18,841 nucleotides of DNA from Candidatus Aenigmatarchaeota archaeon (lineage in GTDB: Archaea > Aenigmatarchaeota > Aenigmatarchaeia > CG10238-14 > SCSR01): the NCBI GenBank assembly GCA_039000165.1, contig JAWBTW010000013.1:1-18841 (forward strand). The letters run 5' to 3'. The notes below the pieces were generated by a model, which was not told the origin of the DNA, did not search any database, and worked only from the letters and a program-made list of their open reading frames with translations. The position numbers were made by a program, and so were the translations under genes. Every line of letters begins with the position of its first letter. Within the stretch, counting starts at the first letter, position 1. Below, one piece after another: positions 1 to 7,226 of the stretch.

Positions 1-479
1 CAAGAATAATAGAAGAGGGCTTTTCAAAAATTGCTCCTGTTTATACAAAAGAAATTCCAGAAGTTAAAGAAGGAAAGCAATGGATTTCCTTTGTTAGAAG
101 AAAAGTGGTTCAAGCTTACTATCCGTTTACTTATTCTGAAATAGTTTCTATGATGAAAGAAAAAGGTATAGGAAGACCTTCAACTTATGCTAAAATTTTG
201 GAAATTTTGAAGAAAAGAGAATATGTTAAAGAAATTAATAAAAGGCTTGTTTCAACTTTGCTTGGTGCAAAGGTTTACTTTTTCTTGAAGGAAAAATACG
301 GAAAATATCTGAACGAGGAATTGACAAAAGTTTTGGAAGAAAAGATGGATAAGGTTGAAATAGGCGAAGCCAAAGCTCAAGAAGTGATAAAAGAATTTTT
401 TACAGAAGTTAAGGAAATAATGAGAAATGCTATGCAAAAAGGTGTAAAGTACAACCCAAGCTTAAGGTTGCTTATTTAG
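1..479 (+). CDS. rgy: Reverse gyrase, C-terminal topoisomerase IA part (5'-truncated by window edge)
   Basis: Frame is open from position 3 (RIIEEGFSK...). MKEKGIGRPSTYAKILE..K.EYV, LVST.LG.KVY.FL and LNEELTK.LEEKMDKVE.G match the reverse-gyrase C-terminus, and there are no topoisomerase I zinc ribbons after it. Confidence 0.85.
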   Translation, partial: RIIEEGFSKIAPVYTKEIPEVKEGKQWISFVRRKVVQAYYPFTYSEIVSMMKEKGIGRPSTYAKILEILKKREYVKEINKRLVSTLLGAKVYFFLKEKYGKYLNEELTKVLEEKMDKVEIGEAKAQEVIKEFFTEVKEIMRNAMQKGVKYNPSLRLLI

Positions 480-517
480 AAAACTCTCTGGAAAAATTCT
501 CAAATTTTTAAAAAATT

Positions 518-1444
518 TTATTCCATATATAAGATCCTGAACAAACCCAAAGATAAGCCAGCTGCCGGCAATACCTTTCCACTATAAGTAATAGCTTTAT
601 AACTTCCGCCACCACCACATCCTACATTTTTAATGTAAACTTCATAAACCAATGAAGTGTAATACCTCAAGCCCCTAACTGTTCTGATATTAAATTCTAA
701 GTTTTTATCTCGAATTGTTTCTCTTAATTTTCGGTAAAATCTAAACAATTTTTCGACGCCGCTTATACCCAGGAAATTTTCTTTTAAAAAAAGTAACTTT
801 TTTTCGTTAGAATCTTTCATTTCTACCAGTTCAATTAATTCAGGGGATTTTTTCTTGACCACTTTTTTAAGTTCATTTATTCTTTCCTTGTCTAGAAAAA
901 GCATTATCTTATCCATATATTTCCTTCCAATTTTTTTTGATATTATTTCATGAATAACCTCTCTTGAATTAAACCTAAATATAAAATCTTTTATGCCAAC
1001 TTTTCTTAAGCATTCATTAACGATATCTAAACATGTGGCATCCATTTCTATTTCTTTACCCCCAACTATATCAACATCTGCTTGCCAAAATTCTCTCCAG
1101 CGGTTTGCTTCTATTTTTTTCTCGAATCTCCAAACCGGGCCAATCGCGTATCTCTTTAAAGGATATTTTAGATTTTTGTTGGTTCTAACAATTCTTAACA
1201 AGGAAATAGTATGGTCAAACCTTAAACATGTTCTTTTCCCTTCTATATCTTTGAAACAATAAAGCTCTTTAAAAACATTCGAACCAAGGAGATTTTTATC
1301 AAAAAGCATTTTTGGGTCCTCAAAAGCAGGAGTATAAAATGGTTTAAATCCTCTTTTTCGAGATACCTTAACAAATGTTGTAATTATTTTTTCCATTTTT
1401 TCGGCATTTTCCCCGATTATATCTTCAATACCAGGGTAAAACAC
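518..1444 (-). CDS. Histidyl-tRNA synthetase-like catalytic domain (HisRS/HisZ family) lacking the C-terminal anticodon-binding domain
   Basis: TPAFE (motif 1 region), LRFDHT, motif 2 YAIGPVWRFE...RWREFWQADVDIVG, VRGLRYYTSLVYE, GGGGSY, motif 3 PAAGLSLGLFRIL; stop 5 residues after the motif 3 Arg; GTG start. Confidence 0.8.
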   Translation of the reverse strand: MFYPGIEDIIGENAEKMEKIITTFVKVSRKRGFKPFYTPAFEDPKMLFDKNLLGSNVFKELYCFKDIEGKRTCLRFDHTISLLRIVRTNKNLKYPLKRYAIGPVWRFEKKIEANRWREFWQADVDIVGGKEIEMDATCLDIVNECLRKVGIKDFIFRFNSREVIHEIISKKIGRKYMDKIMLFLDKERINELKKVVKKKSPELIELVEMKDSNEKKLLFLKENFLGISGVEKLFRFYRKLRETIRDKNLEFNIRTVRGLRYYTSLVYEVYIKNVGCGGGGSYKAITYSGKVLPAAGLSLGLFRILYME

Positions 1445-1535
1445 ATAAAAGTTTTAAGGTTTTTGATATTTATCTTTATCAGGTCAACCTATTAACTACT
1501 TCTTTTCTTCCTTTAGGATTTTTTCACAAAGTAAA

Positions 1536-1620
1536 CGCCCAGGCTGGGATTTGAACCCAGAAGGGGCAAAGCCCCACCAGCTCTCCAGGCTGGCGCCCTA
1601 CCAGATTAGGCGACCTGGGC
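1536..1620 (-). tRNA. tRNA-Ser(GGA), long variable arm, no encoded CCA
   Basis: Reverse complement folds: acceptor GCCCAGG/CCTGGGC plus discriminator G, D stem GCC/GGC, anticodon stem CCAGC/GCTGG with loop CT-GGA-GA, variable arm GGGGC-TTT-GCCCC, T arm CTGGG-TTCAAAT-CCCAG. Confidence 0.97.
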
Positions 1621-1674
1621 ATCAATTTTTATTTCCTAATTAGAAATAAATTTTTCTACCTTTAAAAGTATAAC

Positions 1675-2829
1675 ATGCAAGTAGAGGAAGAAATTCTTGT
1701 AAGATATGGTGAAATTTTTCTCAAGTCAGAAATTGTTAGAAGGATTTATGAAAAAAAGCTTATAGAAAACATTGAAGCTAGCTTAAGAAAAGCTGGAATA
1801 GAGTTTGAAATTTATAGGATAAGAGGAAGAATTTTTATAAAAACTGAAAAAATCAAAAAAACTTGCGATGTTCTAAAAAAAGTTTTTGGCATAGTCTCTT
1901 TTTCCCCCTGCTTCCATTTAAAAACAAGCAAGAAAGAAGAAATAATAGAGTTTTTTAGGAAGAACTACTCAAAACTTATCAAACCAGGTAAAACTTTTGC
2001 TTTAGAAGTGAAAAGAATAGGGAAGCATGATTATTCAAGTCAAGAATTGGCTAGAGAAGCTGGAAAAGTTATCAAAAGGAAAGTTAACTTATCAAAACCT
2101 CAAGTCAAAATTTTCATCGAAGTTAGAGATCAAGATACTTATGTTTACACTAAAAAGATTAAAGGCTTGGGAGGAATGCCTGTTTCTAGCTCAGGAAAAG
2201 TTTTATCTTTAATATCAGGAGGAATAGATTCTCCTGTCTCAAGCTGGCTAGCTATGAAGCGAGGATGTAAAGTTGTTTTTGTTCATTTTCACTCCTTTCC
2301 TCTAGTTTCTAAGGTAAGTATGGAAAAAACAAGAGAACTGGTAAAACTCTTAAGCGAATATCAAGGAAAGAGCAGAGTATACTTTATTCCCTTTTCAGAA
2401 GTTCAAATGAAAATTAAAACTCTTGCTCAAGCAAAGTACAGAATAGTGCTTTACAGAAGAGCTATGATAAAAATAGCCGAAGAAATAGCAAAAAAAGAAA
2501 ATGCAAAAGCTTTAGTTACAGGAGAAAGCCTTGCTCAAGTTTCTTCCCAAACTTTGGATAATATGCTTGCAATAGAGGAAGCAACAAGCTTACCAATTCT
2601 AAGACCTTTGGTAGGAATGGACAAAAATGAAATAATCGAGCTTGCTAAAAAAATTAAAACTTACCAAATTTCCATCAAGCCACAAGAAGATTGTTGTACT
2701 TTATTTGTTCCTAAACATCCAACAACAAGGGCAAAGCTTGAAATTGTGAAAAAAATTGAAAAAAAGTTGAAACTTGAAAAAGAAATTAGAAAAGTTTTGA
2801 AAAAAACTGAGGTTGAAGAAATAGGTTAA
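1675..2829 (+). CDS. thiI: tRNA 4-thiouridine(8) synthase ThiI (THUMP + PP-loop, no rhodanese domain)
   Basis: N-terminal VRYGEIFLKS, THUMP domain, GLGGMP, PP-loop LISGGIDSPV, TGESLAQVSSQTL, LRPL.GMDK.EI, EDCC. Confidence 0.95.
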   Translation: MQVEEEILVRYGEIFLKSEIVRRIYEKKLIENIEASLRKAGIEFEIYRIRGRIFIKTEKIKKTCDVLKKVFGIVSFSPCFHLKTSKKEEIIEFFRKNYSKLIKPGKTFALEVKRIGKHDYSSQELAREAGKVIKRKVNLSKPQVKIFIEVRDQDTYVYTKKIKGLGGMPVSSSGKVLSLISGGIDSPVSSWLAMKRGCKVVFVHFHSFPLVSKVSMEKTRELVKLLSEYQGKSRVYFIPFSEVQMKIKTLAQAKYRIVLYRRAMIKIAEEIAKKENAKALVTGESLAQVSSQTLDNMLAIEEATSLPILRPLVGMDKNEIIELAKKIKTYQISIKPQEDCCTLFVPKHPTTRAKLEIVKKIEKKLKLEKEIRKVLKKTEVEEIG

Positions 2830-2832
2830 GAT

Positions 2833-3027
2833 TTACTTTTCACAAACAGGGCATCTTAAATATTCATAATATCCGTGAAGATAGTCTATGTAATAACCAT
2901 GTTTTGAACAATAGCTGTAAAAGTATTCGATAATTCCATAACCATAATAATCTGTTCTAAAGGCTGGATATTTTCCGAGTAGACGAATTAAAATCCTTTT
3001 CCACAAAGGAATTTTTCCTTTTTTCAC
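2833..3027 (-). CDS. Small putative zinc-binding protein (CxxH...CxxC)
   Basis: 64 aa, YCSKHG...DYLHGYYEYLRCPVCE; fills the gap between neighbours; GTG start uncertain. Confidence 0.6.
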   Translation of the reverse strand: MKKGKIPLWKRILIRLLGKYPAFRTDYYGYGIIEYFYSYCSKHGYYIDYLHGYYEYLRCPVCEK

Positions 3028-3130
3028 TATTCTACAAAGATGTGATATTTTTCTTCTTTTATCATCTTAAAATTAAAAATTTTTCGTTTAGAAAAAACAT
3101 TTAAATTAAGTTTTTCCCTTATTTTAACTG

Positions 3131-3538
3131 ATGGACGATAGAAAAATCCCTCCAGAGGATAAGGTTAAAGAAGCAATTCTGCAAGTTTTAAAGTCAAGAC
3201 TTAAAGTAGAGTCCCAAGAAGAATTAGCAAGGCTAGTTTTAAGGTTGCTTAGGAAAGAGGAAAAAAATTATACGCTTTCTCCTACAAGAGTGAAAAGAAT
3301 TGCTCTGCTTATTCCTGAAGTTGAGGTTAAGGCAAAAACTAAAAAAACTGTAAAGATGCAAAAAATTGAGAAGTGTCCAATTTGTGAGTCTGAAATAGAG
3401 GAAGTTAGAGTAAAAAATTTATTGAACAAAGAAATAGTTATTGGCTATAGATGTAAAAAATGTGCTTATCAAAGTGATTTGGAAGCTTTTATGCCGATGA
3501 AGTATATTTTTACTCTAAAACACAGATATTTAAAGTGA
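3131..3538 (+). CDS. Archaeal hypothetical protein with helical N-terminus and C-terminal zinc ribbon
   Basis: CPIC...CKKC pair; ATG start; Lys/Glu-rich composition like the rest of the window. Confidence 0.75.
   Translation: MDDRKIPPEDKVKEAILQVLKSRLKVESQEELARLVLRLLRKEEKNYTLSPTRVKRIALLIPEVEVKAKTKKTVKMQKIEKCPICESEIEEVRVKNLLNKEIVIGYRCKKCAYQSDLEAFMPMKYIFTLKHRYLK
3493..3520 (+). repeat. 28-bp direct repeat, copy 1 (attL-like; encodes PMKYIFTLK)
   Basis: GCCGATGAAGTATATTTTTACTCTAAAA; 26/28 identical to 4469..4496. Confidence 0.9.
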
Positions 3539-3622
3539 CGAGAGAAGAGATTTCAGTTTGTTTTAATTTTATTTGTAAGTTAGAACATCAAAAATAAATT
3601 TGTGAAGGTAGTTTATTAAACT

Positions 3623-4354
3623 ATGTCTTTTGAGTGGAAAATGCAGTATGTCGAGTGGGATTTAAATGAACATTTTAAAGATGGTATATTAGGGGCTCTT
3701 CGTAAGGCAGAAAGAAAAAAAGTACCTAAGAATTTAGAAATTTTGCCTTTGGCATTGGATAGGATGCTCCCTACTGAAACGTACACAATTCACCTAGGAG
3801 ATTATGTAAAATTAGTGGAAAAAATGGGTGACTTAGATAGATTTGCTTCTAACCATGATTTACCTTTAGATAAAGCTAAGAAACTTTTCATTCATATGAC
3901 TCAAAAAGGCTTTTTAAAACATGAAAGGAGAATGTTTTATGAGACTCTTATTTATGATGTTTTGATTCTATTTGCGCATGATGTATATCCATCTTCTATA
4001 TTTGGAGGAGATGATGTAGTAGGAGCTTTAGCAATAGATTCTTTTGAACCAAAAGAAATAGAAAATTATAGATTTCTCGGAAAGTTGTATGATAAATTAG
4101 AGTTAGACACAACAATTTTCTACAATTTACCCATGGACGGAAATGTTTGGAGTTTTACCTTAAGAAAGGTAAATCCATACAGAGATGTAGGATTTTGCTA
4201 TTCTTTTGAAAAATCTGGTAATCATCATTTTATTTCTCCAAATGAGCTTGAATTGGCGTTAAACAACATAGTAGAGATAAGAAACTTATGGATACAGCAC
4301 ATAAATAATTTCTATGTTAATGAAAGGGCATTTTTATCTTGGGCGAAAATTTAA
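3623..4354 (+). CDS. Hypothetical protein (243 aa, no recognised family)
   Basis: Long ATG-started ORF in AT-rich DNA; no motif recognised. Confidence 0.7.
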   Translation: MSFEWKMQYVEWDLNEHFKDGILGALRKAERKKVPKNLEILPLALDRMLPTETYTIHLGDYVKLVEKMGDLDRFASNHDLPLDKAKKLFIHMTQKGFLKHERRMFYETLIYDVLILFAHDVYPSSIFGGDDVVGALAIDSFEPKEIENYRFLGKLYDKLELDTTIFYNLPMDGNVWSFTLRKVNPYRDVGFCYSFEKSGNHHFISPNELELALNNIVEIRNLWIQHINNFYVNERAFLSWAKI

Positions 4355-4468
4355 ATAGGCATAATATGGTAGAAGAAATTTATTGTCAGGTAATTTAATT
4401 AATCCTTAAAATAAAATTATTGGAAAGAGAGACCATCTTCTTGAAATTGTTCAATATGATGAGCTATA

Positions 4469-4496
4469 GCCGATGAAGTATATCTTTACTCTTAAA
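4469..4496 (+). repeat. 28-bp direct repeat, copy 2 (attR-like; displaced gene end PMKYIFTLKST*)
   Basis: GCCGATGAAGTATATCTTTACTCTTAAA followed by TCT ACT TAG (stop 4503..4505). Confidence 0.9.
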
Positions 4497-4541
4497 TCTA
4501 CTTAGAAAATTCAAAGTTAGAAACCCAATTTTTTAATTTAT

Positions 4542-5834
4542 TCAAAGTAAATCATACAGCCTACAAATAGCAAAAGGTATTAACATTTCATCTTTACTTA
4601 ATCCTCCATGATGACCTAAAAGGTCCATTTTCCATCCTTTGAAGTATTCATACCAAAATGTGTTATTCTTGTAAGGAAGAATCAACAAATTTCCTACCCG
4701 TTCATAAAATTCTTTCTTAGGTTTGCCGATACCCAACAAACCTTCTCTTATAGCTTCCTCTGTCTTAACCACTTTTGCCTTTTCTTTTAACTTTTCTGAA
4801 AGAAAGTTGTAAGTTTCTTCTAGCTTACTTTCTTCAATATGTAAAAAAACATCGCGTGGACTGCCTGTTGGTAGTATAGGCTTGCCATTTTTACATCTTT
4901 GAAAGGAATTTACTAGTTTAGAGTATTTGTTTAAATAAACTGTATCTTTTGGTGAAACGTTCAATTGGCCATGATCAGAAGTTATTAAAATCAATGTTTC
5001 TTTTGCAGTTTTTCTATCTATTTTTTCAAGCAATTCTTTTTTAAGTAAAAATGAAAGCATCGAAAGTTCTGCATGATACTCTTCTGTACGAGGGCCATAC
5101 CTATGTTCTAACGCATCTATATCTCCAATATAAGCATAAAAATATGCAGGACCACTTTCTGCTTCCAACTGTTTTCTTAACCTAACCACAAGGTCTGAAC
5201 AATTGATAAAAGGTATCCTCACGCTTCCTTTGTGAACTACTTGAGAGTATGCACTCCAAGCATATTGTTCATTAATAAAAGTAAACGATTTAATGCCAGC
5301 TTTTTTGAGAGTTTGATGAATGGTCTTTCCTCTGAATAAAATTCTTGGATCTATTCCAAATTCTAAAAGCCTGTCTTGACCTTTAATACCTAAAGGTGTA
5401 AATTGTAGTGTACTGATTATCATATCAATTTCTTTAAAATAAAGAAACCATTCGAACAAAGCATGTTCTTGAGATGTTAAACCTGTATTTATTGTGGTAA
5501 GAGCAGCAGCAGTTGTTGAAGGAAATATGGTTGTAAGAGGAAAAACTACACCTCTTTTGGTAACTCTATCAAAAAATTTATGTTCTTTAAAGTAGTTTGT
5601 CCAATGGTGATACCCAAAACCGTCTAACAGAAAAAATACAATTTTATTTACATTTGTTTCAACTTTATCTTTATACACTTGAAGAGGAAGAGCAGGTCTT
5701 TTAGACTTAATCCCATATAACTCTAAAATCGTTGAAGGAATGTTCGAAAAACAGTATTTTTCGTAAAACGGATAAACAAATTCTCCTTTTTTCTTTTCTT
5801 TTTTGATTATATCTTCTATTTCCCTCAATATCAT
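4542..5834 (-). CDS. Alkaline phosphatase superfamily, type I phosphodiesterase/nucleotide pyrophosphatase
   Basis: Metal-binding motifs LLDGFG, FPSTTAAA (Thr nucleophile), IDALEH, TSDHGQ, GHHGG; no signal peptide. Confidence 0.9.
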   Translation of the reverse strand: MILREIEDIIKKEKKKGEFVYPFYEKYCFSNIPSTILELYGIKSKRPALPLQVYKDKVETNVNKIVFFLLDGFGYHHWTNYFKEHKFFDRVTKRGVVFPLTTIFPSTTAAALTTINTGLTSQEHALFEWFLYFKEIDMIISTLQFTPLGIKGQDRLLEFGIDPRILFRGKTIHQTLKKAGIKSFTFINEQYAWSAYSQVVHKGSVRIPFINCSDLVVRLRKQLEAESGPAYFYAYIGDIDALEHRYGPRTEEYHAELSMLSFLLKKELLEKIDRKTAKETLILITSDHGQLNVSPKDTVYLNKYSKLVNSFQRCKNGKPILPTGSPRDVFLHIEESKLEETYNFLSEKLKEKAKVVKTEEAIREGLLGIGKPKKEFYERVGNLLILPYKNNTFWYEYFKGWKMDLLGHHGGLSKDEMLIPFAICRLYDLL

Positions 5835-5968
5835 GGTTTAAATTAAGAAAAGTAAAAAATAAAAGATTATTTATTGTCAAAAATATGGATAAAACATTTT
5901 CTTGTTAAGAAAAGTTTAAGTAATTTCCCACAATTCTTCTTAAATTTTAAACTCCATATTATAGTAAA

Positions 5969-7207
5969 ATGGTCAACAATTACGTTACATTTCCAGACAG
6001 AAGGCCGCAAGCTTTTAAGGATAAAGGAGAAATAGATGAAATTCTCAGGAAATATGGCAAAAACCTGCCTTTTTCCCACACAGCAAACATATGCGGTGCA
6101 AAAATAAAGTTAATCACCAATTCAAAACATGTTTTTGATTTTTGGCAGTTAAACTGGTATGCCTCAAACTCTAATCATGCTGACGGTTTTGTCTATATTA
6201 TAACAGGAGTTGAAGGTTTTGAACCATGCTTATTCTACAACCTTGACAAAAAAATTGCCCTAGGAGTTAACACAGAATACTACGGGCTTGCAAAATCAAA
6301 AAGTGCTTTAGGTCTAGCAACAGAAATTCTGAAAGAAAAAGAAAAATATCCTATGCATGCTGCTTCTGTTTCAATCAAAAGAAATAACGAAGAGTTTGGA
6401 GTAGCAATTATCGCTCCTACAGGCACAGGGAAAACTACTCAATTTCACGAGCTTCTTTATAATGTTAGAAACAGCAAAGTTGTCGGTGACGATTATCTAT
6501 TCGTTTCTTTCGACGAAAAAGATAGAGTTAAAGCTGAGCAACCAGAAAATTGGCTTTACATGAGAACAGAGATAGCAGAAAATCATCCTACTTTTATCAA
6601 ATCTTTTGAAGGTTTACCGTTAGAAAATGTTGTAACAAAAAAGGAAAATTGCAGGCAAAAAAGCGATGACATAAACAAGATGGGTTCTTGTTACAGAAGT
6701 GTTTTGGAAGGAAGGAAGAAATGCGTCTTTGATGAAGGTTTTGATTGTTGCTATTGGTCTTACGCAAACTCGCGAGTAATGTTTCCAAGAGAAAGGTTTA
6801 CTATGCTAATAGCTGATGAGGAAGGAAATGTAAAAGAGGTTTTTAAAGGAAAAGAAAATGTAGCTAATGAAATGAACCTTAAGTATGTTTTACTTCTCAC
6901 AAGAGACGAGAGTAGCCCGATAATAAGAAAGATAGAGTGCGAGGAAGCGATTAAGATTTTGAAAGAAGGAAAGTTCAAAATTATGCCTGGTGGCGGCCCT
7001 CCAGAAAAATGGGGTCAATACGGAAACGAACCTTTTTACGATCCTTATCAATTAGAAATGGATTTGGAAAGACAGGAAAAATTTTTCAGAAAACTTTTTG
7101 ATTACGGTGTAACATTTTACCTTTTGAACACAGGTTCCTATAAAAATAGAAAAATAGAGATTCATCAAACTCATGCCTACATAAGGGCTGCATTGAGACT
7201 TAACTAA
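5969..7207 (+). CDS. PEP carboxykinase (ATP)-like / HPr-kinase-fold P-loop protein
   Basis: NTEYYGLAK, MHAAS, APTGTGKTT, VVGDD, LYMRTE, LENV, NSRVMFP and YLLNTG occur in the same order as PckA motifs (YxGEMKK, MHCSA, SGTGKTT, IGDD, YAKT, LENV, NTRxxYP, YLVNTG). Confidence 0.7.
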   Translation: MVNNYVTFPDRRPQAFKDKGEIDEILRKYGKNLPFSHTANICGAKIKLITNSKHVFDFWQLNWYASNSNHADGFVYIITGVEGFEPCLFYNLDKKIALGVNTEYYGLAKSKSALGLATEILKEKEKYPMHAASVSIKRNNEEFGVAIIAPTGTGKTTQFHELLYNVRNSKVVGDDYLFVSFDEKDRVKAEQPENWLYMRTEIAENHPTFIKSFEGLPLENVVTKKENCRQKSDDINKMGSCYRSVLEGRKKCVFDEGFDCCYWSYANSRVMFPRERFTMLIADEEGNVKEVFKGKENVANEMNLKYVLLLTRDESSPIIRKIECEEAIKILKEGKFKIMPGGGPPEKWGQYGNEPFYDPYQLEMDLERQEKFFRKLFDYGVTFYLLNTGSYKNRKIEIHQTHAYIRAALRLN

Positions 7208-7226
7208 AATTTTAATCTGCTTGATT

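Larger units (their letters stand above)
3493..4496. mobile_element. Putative integrated mini-island or remnant (~1 kb, one orphan gene, no integrase)
   Basis: Bounded by 28-bp direct repeats that duplicate the 3' end of gene 3131..3538. Confidence 0.55.

Noticed and set aside
1497..1535. Coding-like fragment LCEKILKEEKK* downstream of tRNA-Ser, suggesting an integration scar
   Set aside because: Very short, no start codon, and no duplicate of the tRNA 3' end is seen elsewhere in the window.
3493..4496. CRISPR interpretation of the 28-bp repeats
   Set aside because: Only two copies, about 1 kb apart, protein-coding in register, and no cas genes.
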